64,000 bases of DNA from Octopus vulgaris (lineage: Eukaryota). The stretch is taken from positions 82,460,001-82,524,000 of the forward strand of contig OX597819.1 in assembly GCA_951406725.2 (NCBI GenBank). Direction: 5' to 3'. Made by a program: the position numbers and the translations under genes. Under the pieces are notes generated by a model. The model had not been told where the DNA came from. It worked only from the letters and a program-made list of their open reading frames with translations, and made no database searches. The stretch's first letter is position 1. Every line of letters begins with the position of its first letter. Shown here in pieces: positions 63,691 to 64,000 of this stretch.

Positions 63691-64000
63691 ATACAATAAA
63701 TTTAACAATTATTTTTCGAATATAATCCATACTATGCTCTATGGTTCAAGTGAGTATTGTCCAGTATTTTACATTTGTTCAGCTAAGAATGTTTATCATT
63801 TGCTTCACAGGTTTATGGTAGTAATGTTTCCAGCATTGTGGTATTGTTTTCCTTTTATCAGATTGCATTGAGTGCCATGTATTTTTATATGTAAAATGAC
63901 TTTTGATAACACTTGATCTTATGTAGCATCACATTTCACAAGACCAAATGTGTTATATATCATACAGGAAGCTGCTGCTATTGCTGCAAAGATTTAGCTG

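Overview
AT-rich, microsatellite-rich eukaryotic DNA. Its repeat families look like those of octopus (coleoid cephalopod) genomes; this is recognition from memory, not a database result. Most of the window appears to be intron of one large + strand gene. One exon is well supported: 38536-38751, 216 nt, phase 1-1, encoding a follistatin-N + Kazal module of an agrin-like extracellular protein. A candidate signal-peptide exon (ATG 34351, phase-1 donor after 34456) would splice in frame to it. The rest is a transposon graveyard: many tRNA-headed SINEs (several with clean target-site duplications), RTE and CR1/L2-type LINE relics, three mariner relics, one Tc1, two Tigger/pogo-like relics, TTAA MITEs and two non-autonomous Helitrons. 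The most notable oddities are a perfect 194-bp inverted repeat of apparently non-transposon DNA just upstream of the candidate first coding exon, an RTE insertion with twin-priming-type 5' inversion, Helitrons with fully palindromic 3' ends, a SINE insertion that duplicated a splice donor motif, and a hairpin just upstream of the follistatin exon. I found no prokaryote-type system (CRISPR, operon) and no convincing wholly new system. Nearly all ORFs in the track are repeat or microsatellite artefacts. Ends of degenerate repeats are approximate.
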